A stretch of 64,000 nucleotides of DNA, taken from NCBI GenBank assembly GCA_963827655.1, contig CAWHCF010000022.1, forward strand, positions 348,967-412,966, given 5' to 3'. The position numbers were made by a program, and so were the translations under genes. The DNA comes from an uncultured Acidobacteriota bacterium (lineage in GTDB: Bacteria; Acidobacteriota; UBA6911). Under the pieces are notes generated by a model, which searched no databases, was not told the DNA's origin, and saw nothing but the letters and a program-made list of their open reading frames with translations. This document shows positions 1 through 10,353 of this stretch, piece by piece. The number at the start of each line of letters is the position of its first letter. Position 1 is the stretch's first letter.

Positions 1-51
1 GTATTATGGGACTCTTCGCTGGGAGCGAAGAATTACTGAACAGGAGAAGAC

Positions 52-312
52 ATGACTTACATCATTACAGAACCTTGTGTTGGCGTCAAAGATACCGCGT
101 GCGTCGACGTCTGCCCGGTCGATTGCATTCATCCGCGGAAAGATGAGGCCGAGTTTGCTGAAGCGACGCAACTCTACATCAATCCCGATGAATGCATCGA
201 TTGCGGCGCCTGCGAACCTGCTTGCCCGGTAGCGGCGATCTTTCCAGAAGAGGAAACCCCGGAGAAATGGAAATCTTTCATTCAGCTTAATTACGATTAC
301 TGGAAGAAGTAG
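52..312 (+). CDS. fdxA: 7Fe ferredoxin ([3Fe-4S][4Fe-4S], FdxA-type)
   Basis: 86 aa. N-terminal 'ITEPCVGVKDTACVDVCPVDCIH' and 'CIDCGACEPACP' cysteine clusters are typical of Azotobacter-type 7Fe ferredoxins. Confidence 0.85.
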   Translation: MTYIITEPCVGVKDTACVDVCPVDCIHPRKDEAEFAEATQLYINPDECIDCGACEPACPVAAIFPEEETPEKWKSFIQLNYDYWKK

Positions 313-316
313 CCAT

Positions 317-1421
317 TTGAAGGAGTCCGTTCTGCTAAGGAGAAGGATTATGCTCACGCGCATGCGTCCTGGTTCGAAGGAACTCTTGCTGCTTTTGACT
401 TTGATCTTTGTCATCAGTCTCGCGGGCTGCAGTACCACGACCGAGAAGAAAGCCGAGCCGCCTCCGTATGTGCCCGAAGTGCTTCCGATACCTGCGCCGC
501 CGACCGGATTCGAGCCCATGCCGGAGCCGCCCGATAATCCAACCACGCCCGAAAAAGTAGCCTTGGGCCGGCAGCTGTTCTTCGACAAACGGCTCAGTTT
601 CGACGGCAGCCGCTCGTGTTATTCGTGCCACCTCAACGAGCGCGGCCTTACCGACGGACTGCCGACTGCCGTGGGCGCAGGCAACAAGCCGCTGCCACGC
701 AGCAGCCCTTCGCTGTGGAATATCGGATATCACAAGGAGTTCTACTGGGACGGTCGCAGCCCGACGCTCGAGGCTCAAGCCCAGGCGGCCTGGGCCGGCG
801 GCAACATGGGCGCCAAGGGGCATGAAGGCGAAATCGTGGGCAAGATCAAAGCCATCCCGGGATACCGGGCGCAGTTTCAGAAGGTCTTCGCTGCCGACGC
901 TACTGCCGCAACCATAATGAAGGCGATTACGGCGTACGAGCGAACCATCGTTTGCGGCGACACGCCCTGGGACAAATTCCAGCAGGGGGACGCTTCCGCC
1001 ATCAGCGACGAAGCCAAAAGGGGTTGGGAGATCTTTCGTGGTAAAGCCGGATGCGGGACCTGCCACGCCGGGGCCCTCTTGACCGACCTGCAGTATCACA
1101 ACGTCGGGGTGGGAATGGATCAGCCCAAGCCGGACGAAGGACGCAAGAACTTCACCAAGGATGAGAAGGATACCGGGCGCGTTCAAGACGCCTACCTTGC
1201 GCAGCGTTTCGAAATCGGCGCCTTACTTCCACAACGGAAGCAAGGCAACCCTCGAAGAAGCCGTAGACTTCGTGCTGGGCGGAGGATACCCGAACAAATA
1301 CCTGGACAAGAAGAATCTGAAAAAAGTGAAGCTGACGGCGAAGGAGAGGGACGACCTCCTGGCATTCTTGAGATCGCTCGATTGCGGTGTGGAGCTGAAA
1401 GAGCCGAAACTGCCCGAATAA
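317..1421 (+). CDS. di-haem cytochrome c peroxidase (CCP/MauG family), reading frame broken by an apparent 1-nt insertion near 1165-1175
   Basis: CYSCH and CGTCH haem motifs. The downstream frame (ORF 1161..1421) carries the conserved CCP C-terminus '[10 protein letters not shown]...APYFHNGS'. Removing one c from 'gggcgcgttcaag' restores '...[11 protein letters not shown]'. Confidence 0.75.
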
Positions 1422-1430
1422 CAGGCCGGG

Positions 1431-1507
1431 TTCTTCGTGTCTTTGTGTCCTAGTGGTATTGGTTTCATAGCGCTAACCGCAAAGACACGAGGACGCGAAG
1501 AAATACC
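1431..1507. repeat. repeat family A, full palindromic copy (inverted GAAGACAC-unit arrays)
   Basis: ttcttcgtgtctttgtgtcctagtggtatt...taaccgcaaagacacgaggacgcgaagaaatacc. Confidence 0.8.
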
Positions 1508-2702
1508 AAGAGCGGTAGAGTTGTTTTCACGCATTGCTTCCAGGCTCCACGCAGAAACAAATCCACTCTATAGAATCCGCGCCCAGATCGAGTCCCGGGG
1601 AGAGCAGATACTCGACCTTGTCTCGGGAAATCCCAACCAGCACGGCATATTTTTTCCTCAAGAGCCGCTCGAAGCCAGTCTGATTCGTGGCGCGAGGCAG
1701 GCTCGCTGCTATCATCCCGATTCGTTAGGGCAGCGTCCGGCGCGGGAAGCCATTTCGTCCTACTATCGAAACCAGGGACTGGCAATCCCGCCCGAAAACA
1801 TCCTGCTTACTCCCGGAACCAGCATTTCTTACTGGTACTGCTTTAAACTGCTGGCCGATGAAGGGGAGGAGATTCTGTGTCCGCGCCCCTCGTATCCGCT
1901 CTTCGACTACATTGCCGAAATGAGCGGCGTGCGAATGGTTTCTTACCCTATGGACGAGGCTCGCGCCTGGGCTATCGACCTCGATCGTCTGGAGGCCTCG
2001 ATCTCCACCGGCACTCGTGCCATCATCCTCATATCGCCGCATAATCCCACCGGCCACGTCGCTTCGCTCGATGAGATCCACGGACTGGCCGAGATCGCCC
2101 GCCGGCATGACCTGGCGATCATCAGCGATGAGGTCTTCAGCGAATTCCTTTTCGAGTCCCAGGTCTTGCCCCGCGCGGCCGCCAGCGCCGCTCCGCTGGT
2201 TTTTACCCTCAACGGCTTCTCCAAAATGTTCGCTCTGCCCGGCCTCAAGCTGGGCTGGATGACGGTCTCGGGCCAGAGCGACCAGGTGAAAGACGCGATC
2301 CGCAGCCTGGAGCTGATCTCCGATACCTTCTTACCGGTGAATGAAATGGTTCAGGCGGCAGTCCCCGCCATCTTCGAGGAGGGGGGGACCTTCTTGAGAT
2401 TCTATGCTCGAGAAATAGCGCAGCGCTGGATGGAGGCGCGGCGGATTCTGAGCCGCTGCGCTCACATCGCCTTCGTCGAACCTGGAGGAGGATTCTACGT
2501 TACGCTGAAGCTCCAGAGCATTGAGGAAGAGCCGGCCGCGCAAGCAATTCTCGCCACCAACCATTTGCTGGCACATCCGGGTTACTTTTATGACATCGAT
2601 CCCGATCACCTGGTTTTGAGCTTCATCCAGGAGCCGGAGATCATCCGGACCAGCCTTCCCCGCCTTATTGCCACGTTAGAACATGCGTCCCGCTGTCTGT
2701 GA
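1437..2702 (+). CDS. PLP-dependent aminotransferase class I/II
   Basis: 'ISPHNPTGH', 'NGFSKMFALPGLKLGW' (Lys in the SK motif) and overall fold-type I aminotransferase pattern. The listed N-terminus is a read-through of the repeat at 1431-1507, so the true start is probably downstream (TTG near 1521). Confidence 0.75.
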   Translation: MSLCPSGIGFIALTAKTRGREEIPRAVELFSRIASRLHAETNPLYRIRAQIESRGEQILDLVSGNPNQHGIFFPQEPLEASLIRGARQARCYHPDSLGQRPAREAISSYYRNQGLAIPPENILLTPGTSISYWYCFKLLADEGEEILCPRPSYPLFDYIAEMSGVRMVSYPMDEARAWAIDLDRLEASISTGTRAIILISPHNPTGHVASLDEIHGLAEIARRHDLAIISDEVFSEFLFESQVLPRAAASAAPLVFTLNGFSKMFALPGLKLGWMTVSGQSDQVKDAIRSLELISDTFLPVNEMVQAAVPAIFEEGGTFLRFYAREIAQRWMEARRILSRCAHIAFVEPGGGFYVTLKLQSIEEEPAAQAILATNHLLAHPGYFYDIDPDHLVLSFIQEPEIIRTSLPRLIATLEHASRCL

Positions 2703-2808
2703 TTCTTCACGGTACGCACGTCAAGCAAACCAACAGGGAATCAAAGAATCGCTTGATGCCGGGCAGCGCAGGATCTATGATGGCGCACATCAAGTCACAA
2801 CCGGAGAT

Positions 2809-3648
2809 ATGTCAATGAATCGCTGGAGTAGACTGCTCATTGCGCTCGTGCTCGCGTCTCCCGTCTCGGCAGCTGAGTTGCAGAAGCCTGCCGCTTCACC
2901 CGCGATCCTCGCGCAGCCGTTCGCTTCCCGAGAAGAAATCGAGGAATTCTTACGAAATGCCAGGATCGTCAAAGCGAAAGGGACCGGTATCGGCATTACA
3001 AACCCCCTGAAGCTTACGCTCGACGATGGCCGCGTACAGCACTTCGCGGTCTTCAAGAGCATTGACGAGAGGAAGCCCGGAGTGACCCAGCTCGCCGCCA
3101 GCACCGAAATCGATTTCAAGGATTCCTGGATGTTCGAGGTCGCCGCCTACGAGCTCGACAAGCTGCTGGGACTCGACATGGTCCCGGTAACCATCGAGAG
3201 GACTTATAACGGACATAAGGGATCGCTGCAGTTCTGGATTGATAACTGCATAATGGAGAGCGACCGGTTGAAGCGAAAGCTCAATCCCCCTGATCCCACG
3301 TCGTGGAAACAGCAAATTTTCAAGGTCCGAGTCTTCGATAACCTGGTCTATAACATCGATCGCAATCTCGGAAACCTGCTGATCACGCCCGAATGGAAAT
3401 GTTACATGATCGATCATTCGCGCAGCTTCAAGAATGTCGACGCCCTCAAGTCGCCGAAAGACCTGACCTACTTCTCTCGTTCGTTGATTGAGAGTCTTCA
3501 AAAACTCGACGAGCAAACGGTGAAGACGCGCTGCGAGAAATACCTCACGCTTTACGAAGTGAGAACCATGCTCCGCCGCCGCGATAGGATCGTTCAGCTC
3601 TTTACCAGTCTCCTGGCGGAAAAAGGCGAGAGCATAGCCTACCCATAG
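2809..3648 (+). CDS. secreted hypothetical protein with a PI3/PI4-kinase-like catalytic-loop motif
   Basis: Start chosen at 'MSMNRWSRLLIALVLASPVSAA' (signal peptide). 'VYNIDRNLGNLLIT...CYMIDHSRSF' resembles the DRxxxN catalytic loop plus DFG-like segment of type II PI4-kinase/PI3_PI4-kinase-like folds. Confidence 0.45.
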   Translation: MSMNRWSRLLIALVLASPVSAAELQKPAASPAILAQPFASREEIEEFLRNARIVKAKGTGIGITNPLKLTLDDGRVQHFAVFKSIDERKPGVTQLAASTEIDFKDSWMFEVAAYELDKLLGLDMVPVTIERTYNGHKGSLQFWIDNCIMESDRLKRKLNPPDPTSWKQQIFKVRVFDNLVYNIDRNLGNLLITPEWKCYMIDHSRSFKNVDALKSPKDLTYFSRSLIESLQKLDEQTVKTRCEKYLTLYEVRTMLRRRDRIVQLFTSLLAEKGESIAYP

Positions 3649-3650
3649 GA

Positions 3651-3745
3651 TCTAGGATTCAGTAGGATTCGGTTAGGAATCCTGAATCCTAGATCCTAGA
3701 TCCTGGCTCCTGAATCCTGATCCTGGATCCTAAACCTGGTTGATC
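3651..3745. repeat. long imperfect palindrome built of AGGATTC/GAATCCT/GATCCTG units between convergent genes (terminator-like)
   Basis: tctaggattcagtaggattcggttaggaatcctgaatcctagatcctagatcctggctcctgaatcctgatcctggatcc. Confidence 0.6.
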
Positions 3746-5430
3746 GGCAGCTTGATCGTAAAGGTGGAACCCTGTCCGAGCTCGCTGGACACCTGGATTG
3801 AACCCTGGTGCTCCTTGACTATGCTATAGGCGACCGCAAGGCCCAGACCGACTCCCACCCCCACACCTTTGGTGGTGAAGCCCGGATCAAAGATCTTGTC
3901 AAGGTGCTCAGCGGGAATACCCGACCCGGTGTCCCTGATGGAAATCACGATTTCGTCCCCTTCTCGCCGGGTGTCTACGAACACCTGTCCCTTTCCCTTG
4001 ATTGCCTGGCAGGCGTTCGTCAACAGGTTCATGAAGGTTTCGTTAAGGAGGGCCGGATAGCACGGAAGTGCCGGAACATCGCCGAGGTTCAGCACCACTT
4101 CGACGCGCGGCTGAACCGAAGGGTCCAGCACCTGGACCGTCGCGGTGAGGCCGTCATTAATATTGACCACCTTGAATTCCGACTCGTCGAGCCGAGCGAA
4201 CGAGATTAACGAACGCATCACGCGAACAATGCGCGAGCACGCCGAGACGCTCTCCTGCGCAATATCAATAAGGTGCCGCAAGAGTTTGCTCTCGTCGGGC
4301 GGTCTTCCCTCGGTGGTGGCCAGCCGCCCGAACATAACCATCAGAAGCTCGAGATTCGCCTTAAGGGCTCCCAGGGGACTGTTGACCTCGTGGGCGATTC
4401 CAGCTACCAGCCGGCTCAACGAAGCCATTTTCTCATGCTGATAGAGCTTGAGCTCCGCCTGGCGCAGGGCGGCGGTCCGTTCCGCAACCTCGAGCTCGAG
4501 TTCTTCGTTGGCGCGCTTTATGGCATCGAAGAACCGGGCATTCTCGACCGAAAGGCTGATCTGGGAGGCCACGGCGCACAATAACGTAAGATCGTCGTGG
4601 GTGAAGGCGCCGATAGCCCGATTGTTTTCGAGGTACAGGATGCCGAGCACGCCGGATTTCCCGACCAGCGGCGCGCACACGATCGACCGCAGCCCTCGCA
4701 GCACCACGCTGTGGCCATGGGCAAATCGAGGGTCGGTCCCTGCATCCGCGGTGATGATGGCTTTGCGGTCGTTCATGATGCGCTGGGCGATCGTCGAGGA
4801 GAGGGGCCCGGAAGGAGAGTCCGCCACGGCTTCGTCGCGCCGGCAAATTACGGCGGGGCGCAGCGTGGCTCCCTCTTCTTCGAGAAGGAATATCGCCCCC
4901 TGCTCGGCCTGGGTGCTGGACAACAGGATTTCCACCGCTTTACGGGAGACATCTTCCAGCGAGCGCACTTCGGACAGCGCGCGGCTCAGGTCGAACAAGA
5001 GCCGGAGGGTTCGGCGCTCCTTGGCCGCCGCCATGTCCGAGTCCTCACCCGGTCCGCGGCGGACACCGGACGCAATCTCCTGCACTAGCTGGTCATAGTC
5101 TTCTTCGAGAGTTACCGTCATGTCCGATACCGGAATCGGCCTTCCCTCTACGCTATAGACAAGGGTATGGGTGCCGACTCTGATCTCGTCGTTGTGCTTC
5201 AAGATTGCGTGCTTCACTCTTTTTCCATTGACGAAGATGCCGTTGTAGCTGTCGAGGTCGCTGACCGAGAAATCGTCGCCTTCGCGAGCTATGACTCCAT
5301 GCCGGCGCGAGACTCCCGCCCCTTCGAGGACGATCTGGTTGTCCGAGGCGCGGCCGATCGAGTAGCTCGGTTCCACCAGCGCCATTTTGGTCAGCTGGCC
5401 CGAGGACTTCTTGATTCGCAGGCTGGGCAT
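3730..5430 (-). CDS. sensor histidine kinase with N-terminal FHA domain and GAF domain
   Basis: N-terminal FHA pattern ('[22 protein letters not shown]...[10 protein letters not shown]'), a central GAF-like region, an HisKA H-box ('[11 protein letters not shown]') and an HATPase_c G-boxes ('DTGSGI', '[10 protein letters not shown]'). Confidence 0.85.
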   Translation of the reverse strand: MPSLRIKKSSGQLTKMALVEPSYSIGRASDNQIVLEGAGVSRRHGVIAREGDDFSVSDLDSYNGIFVNGKRVKHAILKHNDEIRVGTHTLVYSVEGRPIPVSDMTVTLEEDYDQLVQEIASGVRRGPGEDSDMAAAKERRTLRLLFDLSRALSEVRSLEDVSRKAVEILLSSTQAEQGAIFLLEEEGATLRPAVICRRDEAVADSPSGPLSSTIAQRIMNDRKAIITADAGTDPRFAHGHSVVLRGLRSIVCAPLVGKSGVLGILYLENNRAIGAFTHDDLTLLCAVASQISLSVENARFFDAIKRANEELELEVAERTAALRQAELKLYQHEKMASLSRLVAGIAHEVNSPLGALKANLELLMVMFGRLATTEGRPPDESKLLRHLIDIAQESVSACSRIVRVMRSLISFARLDESEFKVVNINDGLTATVQVLDPSVQPRVEVVLNLGDVPALPCYPALLNETFMNLLTNACQAIKGKGQVFVDTRREGDEIVISIRDTGSGIPAEHLDKIFDPGFTTKGVGVGVGLGLAVAYSIVKEHQGSIQVSSELGQGSTFTIKLPINQV

Positions 5431-5635
5431 TTATTTTCCTTCCACCGTCATCGCGCCTGCAGTTTTCCGGCGCTCCGGCCGGAATCCGTGACACTGAATC
5501 CCACCAGCAACGATGCGAAAGCGCGCAAGAACGCGACCAATTGAAGAAACTATTATCGCCGCGAGGGAACCACAGCGAAAGAGGGAAAAATCGCTTGGTA
5601 TTGTTTGCGCCTCTGTGGCTAACTTATGCAAACCG

Positions 5636-6985
5636 ATGACCTCGATAAACAGCGCCGTGGCGACCGAAGCCAGCACTCCGATAGATTCCTCCGGGATTGG
5701 GGGGCATCCAAGGGGGCTGACGACGCTTTTCTTCACAGAGATGTGGGAGCGTTTCAGCTACTACGGGATGCGAGCCATTTTGATTCTGTACATGGTCGCG
5801 GCGCCGGCCAGTGGTGGCCTCGGTTTCGACACTGCGAAAGCCGCCGCTATTTACGGCGCTTACACCAGCGCAGCCTATCTGACCGCAGTACCTGGAGGTT
5901 GGGTCGCCGACAGATTTCTCGGAGCGCGCAGCGCGGTTCTTTACGGCGGAATTCTCATAGCCCTGGGTCATTTCTCAATGGCGCTCGGGCCGCTCTCTTT
6001 TTTCTTCGCCGGGATGTTCCTTATCGTCATCGGCACCGGATTGCTCAAGCCGAACATCAGCACGATGGTTGGAGGCCTCTACAGCGAGAACGATCCTCGC
6101 CGGGACGCCGGTTTTTCAGTCTTTTACATGGGCATAAACCTCGGAGCCCTGATCAGTCCGCTGGTCTGCGGCTACCTGGGGCAGCGAGTCGACTGGCACG
6201 CGGGGTTTGGCGCCGCAGGCGTTGGCATGAGTCTCGGGTTGGTTCAGTTCCTGGCCCATCGCGATCGGCTGGCGCATGTGGGGAACAAGCCCGACAAGCC
6301 TTACGGGAAGGAAGCGGGGGCCGCGGCGGGCGGACTGACTGCGGAAGAAATGAAGCGCCTGGCAGCCATCGGTATCTTCTTTGTCTTCTCATCCATTTTC
6401 TGGGCTGCGTTTGAGCAGGCCGGATCGAGTTTGAATCTGTTTGCCGACCAGGTCACCGACAACCGGATTGTGGGCTGGGAATTTCCCTCGAGCTGGTTCC
6501 AATCGGTGAATTCAATCTTTCTTATTGTCCTGGCCCCGGTTTTTTCCTGGCTGTGGCTGCGTATGGGTGATCGCCAACCTTCAAGTCCGGCAAAATTCAG
6601 TTATGGTCTGCTGTTTGTCGGCCTGGGTTTCATCCTCGCGGCGCTTGGAGCCTCGGTCGCGGATAGCGGAAAGGTAAGTCCGGCCTGGCTCATCGGGGTT
6701 TACCTTTTCAACACCATTGGAGAACTTTGCCTCAGCCCGGTTGGATTGAGCACAGTCACGAAGCTTGCGCCGGCTCGCCTCGTAGGCTTGATGATGGGGG
6801 TATGGTTTCTGTCGATTTCAGCCGGTAACTATCTTGGCGGATGGATCGCTGGATTCTTCGACGCCACGGCCGAGGGTGCCATGGTCGGTTTGTTTGGAGC
6901 GGTCGCGATCGGAACGCTGGTCACGGCCGGCATCCTGGCCTTGCTCATTCCCTTCATTCGAAGCCTGATGGGCCGCGTCCGTTGA
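5636..6985 (+). CDS. POT/PTR2 family di-/tripeptide:proton symporter (MFS)
   Basis: PTR2 signature '[22 protein letters not shown]'. About 12 TM helices. Start taken at the ATG of 'MTSINSAV'. Confidence 0.8.
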   Translation: MTSINSAVATEASTPIDSSGIGGHPRGLTTLFFTEMWERFSYYGMRAILILYMVAAPASGGLGFDTAKAAAIYGAYTSAAYLTAVPGGWVADRFLGARSAVLYGGILIALGHFSMALGPLSFFFAGMFLIVIGTGLLKPNISTMVGGLYSENDPRRDAGFSVFYMGINLGALISPLVCGYLGQRVDWHAGFGAAGVGMSLGLVQFLAHRDRLAHVGNKPDKPYGKEAGAAAGGLTAEEMKRLAAIGIFFVFSSIFWAAFEQAGSSLNLFADQVTDNRIVGWEFPSSWFQSVNSIFLIVLAPVFSWLWLRMGDRQPSSPAKFSYGLLFVGLGFILAALGASVADSGKVSPAWLIGVYLFNTIGELCLSPVGLSTVTKLAPARLVGLMMGVWFLSISAGNYLGGWIAGFFDATAEGAMVGLFGAVAIGTLVTAGILALLIPFIRSLMGRVR

Positions 6986-7042
6986 ATCACGGTTGGAGGA
7001 TCGGACGCGCCGGCAGGATCCCGGCCCTTTCGCGCGGTATCT

Positions 7043-7828
7043 ATGGCTCGAGATCGAATCCTTGAGGGACAGTACGCGCTGATAACCGGGGCCAGCCGTG
7101 GAATAGGCCGCGCCGTCGCGGAATGCTTCGCCCAAGCCGGTTGCGGCGTCGCAGTCGCTGCTCGCGGCGCCATCATCTCCGGCGTCGCCAAGGAGGTTGG
7201 CGAGAAGTGGCGCGTGCCATACCTCGGGTTTTGCGCCGACGTGGCTCAGCAGGAGAGTGTTCACCGGCTTTTTGAAGCCATCCGCTCCTGGTCAGGCGAC
7301 CGGCTGGACGTCCTCGTGAACAATGCCGGTTACTCCTTTTCCCGGGAAATATGGAATACGCCCCTGGATGCCACACCCGCCGACAGGCTTCAGGCCTGGT
7401 TTTCGGATATCTTCCAAACCGACACGATGGGTTCGGTGTTCTGCACTTACGAGGCTCTTCCTTTGATGATGGCTCGCAAAAGAGGGAGCATCATTTATAT
7501 CGCTTCCACTCCGGCGCTGGAAGGATTCCAGGGAACGCCCTACACCGTCGCCAAGGCGGGCGTTCTGGGTCTGATGAAGGACGTAGCCCGGCTTTACGGG
7601 CATCTCAACATTCGGGCCAATGCGCTCGCTCTCGGCAACATACTCACTCCCGCCACCCTTGAAAGTCTGGACCCGGGGCTGCAAGACAAGCTGGCGCAAG
7701 AGACGCCTCTGAAACGCTGGGGTGAACCCGAGGAGGTCGCGCGAGCCGCGCTTTTTCTGGCCTCGAACCGGTCGAGCTTCATCACCGGCCAGACCATCGC
7801 GGTCGATGGCGGAACCGTCCGCCGTTGA
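7043..7828 (+). CDS. SDR family NAD(P)-dependent oxidoreductase
   Basis: 'ITGASRGIGRAVA' Rossmann motif, 'NNAG' and 'YTVAKAG' catalytic YxxxK. Confidence 0.85.
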   Translation: MARDRILEGQYALITGASRGIGRAVAECFAQAGCGVAVAARGAIISGVAKEVGEKWRVPYLGFCADVAQQESVHRLFEAIRSWSGDRLDVLVNNAGYSFSREIWNTPLDATPADRLQAWFSDIFQTDTMGSVFCTYEALPLMMARKRGSIIYIASTPALEGFQGTPYTVAKAGVLGLMKDVARLYGHLNIRANALALGNILTPATLESLDPGLQDKLAQETPLKRWGEPEEVARAALFLASNRSSFITGQTIAVDGGTVRR

Positions 7829-7938
7829 CGCAGGGGACCGTCCGCTGCTTCTTGCGTCTTGGTGTCCCGGTTCAGCCCCGACGCACGCGCCGGGATGTGA
7901 ACGTGGAGCACTAGGTGGAAGCGCTTGTTCTTGCCCGG

Positions 7939-8661
7939 CTACCCGATAGTCCCGGTGGCACGCGCCAGGGCCCCGAACTTCCGGGTGCGACATCGGAAGT
8001 CCGACAGGGCTTTTTCCAGGTCGCTTTCTTCGAAATCGGGCCAAAGCTTGGGTGTGAAATGCAACTCGGAATAGGCCGCTTGCCAGAGGAGGAAATTGGA
8101 AAGACGATGCTCTCCCGCCGTGCGGATAATCAGATCCGGGTCCGGAACAGACTCCACCCCGAGGGCTTGAGCGATGTGCTCCTCTTCGAGCTGTTCGGGC
8201 TTCAGCTCACCCCGGGCTACCTGCCGCGCCAGGAAGCGAGTGGCTTCGACTATTTCGTGACGGGCGCCGTAGTCGAGCGCAAGCCGCAGGTGGAGGCGGG
8301 TTCCGGCGCGGGTTGCATCTTCCGTAACCCCGAGTTCGGTCAGCACACCAGGAGGCAAACGATCCCTCCGGCCTATGGCTGATAGCCGGATGCCGTTTTC
8401 CAGCAGCGCATCCCTCTCGTTGCGCAGGTAGCGGCGGAAAAGACTGAACAAGACATTGATCTCCTGCGCCGGACGACGCCAGTTTTCGCTGGAAAACGAG
8501 AAGAGCGTCAGTATCGAGACTTCCTGGCGGCAGGCCTCCTCGGTCGCGCGCCTGACGGCGCGCGCCCCGATTTCATGCCCTTTCCAGCGCGGCATCCCGC
8601 GCTGCTCCGCCCAGCGCCCGTTCCCGTCCATGATAATCGCAACATGCAGCGGGCAATTCAT
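7939..8661 (-). CDS. uppS: di-trans,poly-cis undecaprenyl-diphosphate synthase
   Basis: 'HVAIIMDGNGRWA' plus the conserved C-terminal 'RTSGE.RLSNFLLWQ' pattern. Confidence 0.9.
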   Translation of the reverse strand: MNCPLHVAIIMDGNGRWAEQRGMPRWKGHEIGARAVRRATEEACRQEVSILTLFSFSSENWRRPAQEINVLFSLFRRYLRNERDALLENGIRLSAIGRRDRLPPGVLTELGVTEDATRAGTRLHLRLALDYGARHEIVEATRFLARQVARGELKPEQLEEEHIAQALGVESVPDPDLIIRTAGEHRLSNFLLWQAAYSELHFTPKLWPDFEESDLEKALSDFRCRTRKFGALARATGTIG

Positions 8662-8802
8662 CTATCCCTCCACCAGAACAGATGAAAGTACTCTATCATG
8701 TAAAGCAAGCGCGCAAAGTATGGCCTCGGTTCAGCAGCGGAATTACCCTTCATGCCGTGGTTGTGCCTGTTATCCACGCCCCGGCCGTTCACGGCGCCGC
8801 CC

Positions 8803-9189
8803 TCAACTGTGCGAAGGGAGAGGTTCGATCCGGTGTCGCAGCGACCTCTCCACGCGCGCGCTTCGCACCTGGCCCAGGTTTGGGAGCAGGTTGGAGAGGG
8901 TCTGGAGATACCCCTCCAGTGCGGAACGTCCTTCGGCGCTGAGCCGGTACGTGCTCTTGGGCTTCCGGTCTTCGAAGCGCTTGTCGCAGATCACGTATCC
9001 AGCTTCTTCGAGCTTCCGCGCCTGAACGCTTAGATTCCCGTCGGTCGTCTGCAACAACTCCCGGAGCTCCGTGAAGCTCAAAAAGTCCTGAACGACCAGC
9101 GCGGAAAGAATGCCGAGGCGCAGCCGTTCGTGAATCATAGGGTCCAGCTCACTCGGGGTGGGCCTGGTTTTCTTGCTTTTCTTAGCCAT
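8803..9189 (-). CDS. PadR-like winged-helix transcriptional regulator
   Basis: About 128 aa. 'GILSALVVQDFLSFTELRELLQTTDGNLSVQARKLEEAGYV' is the typical PadR/wHTH recognition-helix region. Start taken at MAKKSKK. Confidence 0.55.
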   Translation of the reverse strand: MAKKSKKTRPTPSELDPMIHERLRLGILSALVVQDFLSFTELRELLQTTDGNLSVQARKLEEAGYVICDKRFEDRKPKSTYRLSAEGRSALEGYLQTLSNLLPNLGQVRSARVERSLRHRIEPLPSHS

Positions 9190-9784
9190 TGTGCCTCCAG
9201 GCAATGTACCCGCCATAAACGATGTGCAACCACCCGAAACCTGCCGCCAGCCAGGTAAGCCCCATGCCTGGCGGCGACGCAGCCGCGCCGGTCGCCGTTA
9301 CCAGCAGGCACAGGCCCAGATAGCGCACGGGAGCAACCGAAACCTGCCCGCCGTTTACTACCGCCGCTCCATAGCAGCCGAGCCAGATGGCCGGAAGCCA
9401 CTCCAGGTTGCCCGAACGGACTGCCACACTGGTGAGAATGCCTCCCACGAAAAGCGACGGGCAGAGACTCCACAGCAACTTGCGAAGAAGAGGGGCCTGC
9501 AGTGGCGTGCGCAACTGCAGCGACTTGCGATAGATTCCGTAGGAACAGATGGCAAGGGAGAAGCCCAGGACGTAGCCCCAAACGTCCAGGGCGATGCCCG
9601 GGAACGCGCCCGGCCCCCACGGCGGGCCGGTGATCAAAGAATTGATGGCAACCCCGGCCAGCGCCACAAAGCCGGTTGCCATGAGACCCTTGCCGGGAAC
9701 CGCGGTAAACTGTCCGGCTGCTTCCAGGGTCCGGCGGATGTATTGAAGATCTTCGCGCGCAGTTTCCAAGTTCAACGGTTCCAT
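9182..9784 (-). CDS. integral membrane protein (partner of the PadR-like regulator, overlapping its start)
   Basis: Multiple hydrophobic helices. Its stop overlaps the start of the regulator, which implies an operon. Confidence 0.45.
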   Translation of the reverse strand: MEPLNLETAREDLQYIRRTLEAAGQFTAVPGKGLMATGFVALAGVAINSLITGPPWGPGAFPGIALDVWGYVLGFSLAICSYGIYRKSLQLRTPLQAPLLRKLLWSLCPSLFVGGILTSVAVRSGNLEWLPAIWLGCYGAAVVNGGQVSVAPVRYLGLCLLVTATGAAASPPGMGLTWLAAGFGWLHIVYGGYIAWRHNG

Positions 9785-9868
9785 GCTCCGTGCGCCTCCT
9801 GGATTTCGTGCTTCATCTCACAACACTTCCTCACATATGTCAAGTACTTTGTGTTATAGAGTTAATTG

Positions 9869-9958
9869 CCTTCTTGGTGCTTCTTCGTGTCTTTGAGTCT
9901 TAGTGGTATTCGATTAGACAGCTCTAACCACAAAGACACGAAGACTCGAGCGAAACGC
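9869..9958. repeat. repeat family A, full copy
   Basis: ccttcttggtgcttcttcgtgtctttgagtcttagtggtatt-cgattagacagctc-taaccacaaagacacgaagactcgagcgaaacgc. Confidence 0.85.
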
Positions 9959-9997
9959 AACTTCATGGTAAAGTCGATAACCGAGCGCAGGTGAGAC

Positions 9998-10342
9998 GTG
10001 AAACAACCGATCTGGAACTTCGAGCAGGATCCATCGGATGAGCCGATGGACGAAACCAGCGTCAACCTTCGCGCCTACTTCGACCGAATGGATGACGAGA
10101 AAATGAAGCGCTACAGACCGGACTGGACCGACGAACAGGTCATCGAATGGGACGGCAATTTCCGCGACGACGGCCATCTGATGATTCTTTGCTGCGAGCG
10201 CGATGTGGATGTGGTGGAATACCGCAGGGTGCTGGAACAGTGCATCGACTACCGAAACCGGGCCCGGCCGCAGCTCTTCGCAAAGGATCAACGAGCAAAA
10301 ACCAGCGAAGACAGCGAGCCGAAGGACCAGTCTGGAGGGTGA
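9998..10342 (+). CDS. hypothetical acidic protein
   Basis: ORF only. No recognisable motif. It is preceded by a repeat-A copy. Confidence 0.3.
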   Translation: MKQPIWNFEQDPSDEPMDETSVNLRAYFDRMDDEKMKRYRPDWTDEQVIEWDGNFRDDGHLMILCCERDVDVVEYRRVLEQCIDYRNRARPQLFAKDQRAKTSEDSEPKDQSGG

Positions 10343-10353
10343 TCCGAGGCCTG

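Noticed and set aside
4-588. 194-aa minus-strand ORF covering the ferredoxin gene and the start of the peroxidase gene
   Set aside because: It lies antisense to two well-supported genes, has low-complexity Gly/Ser-rich composition and is typical of a high-GC spurious ORF.
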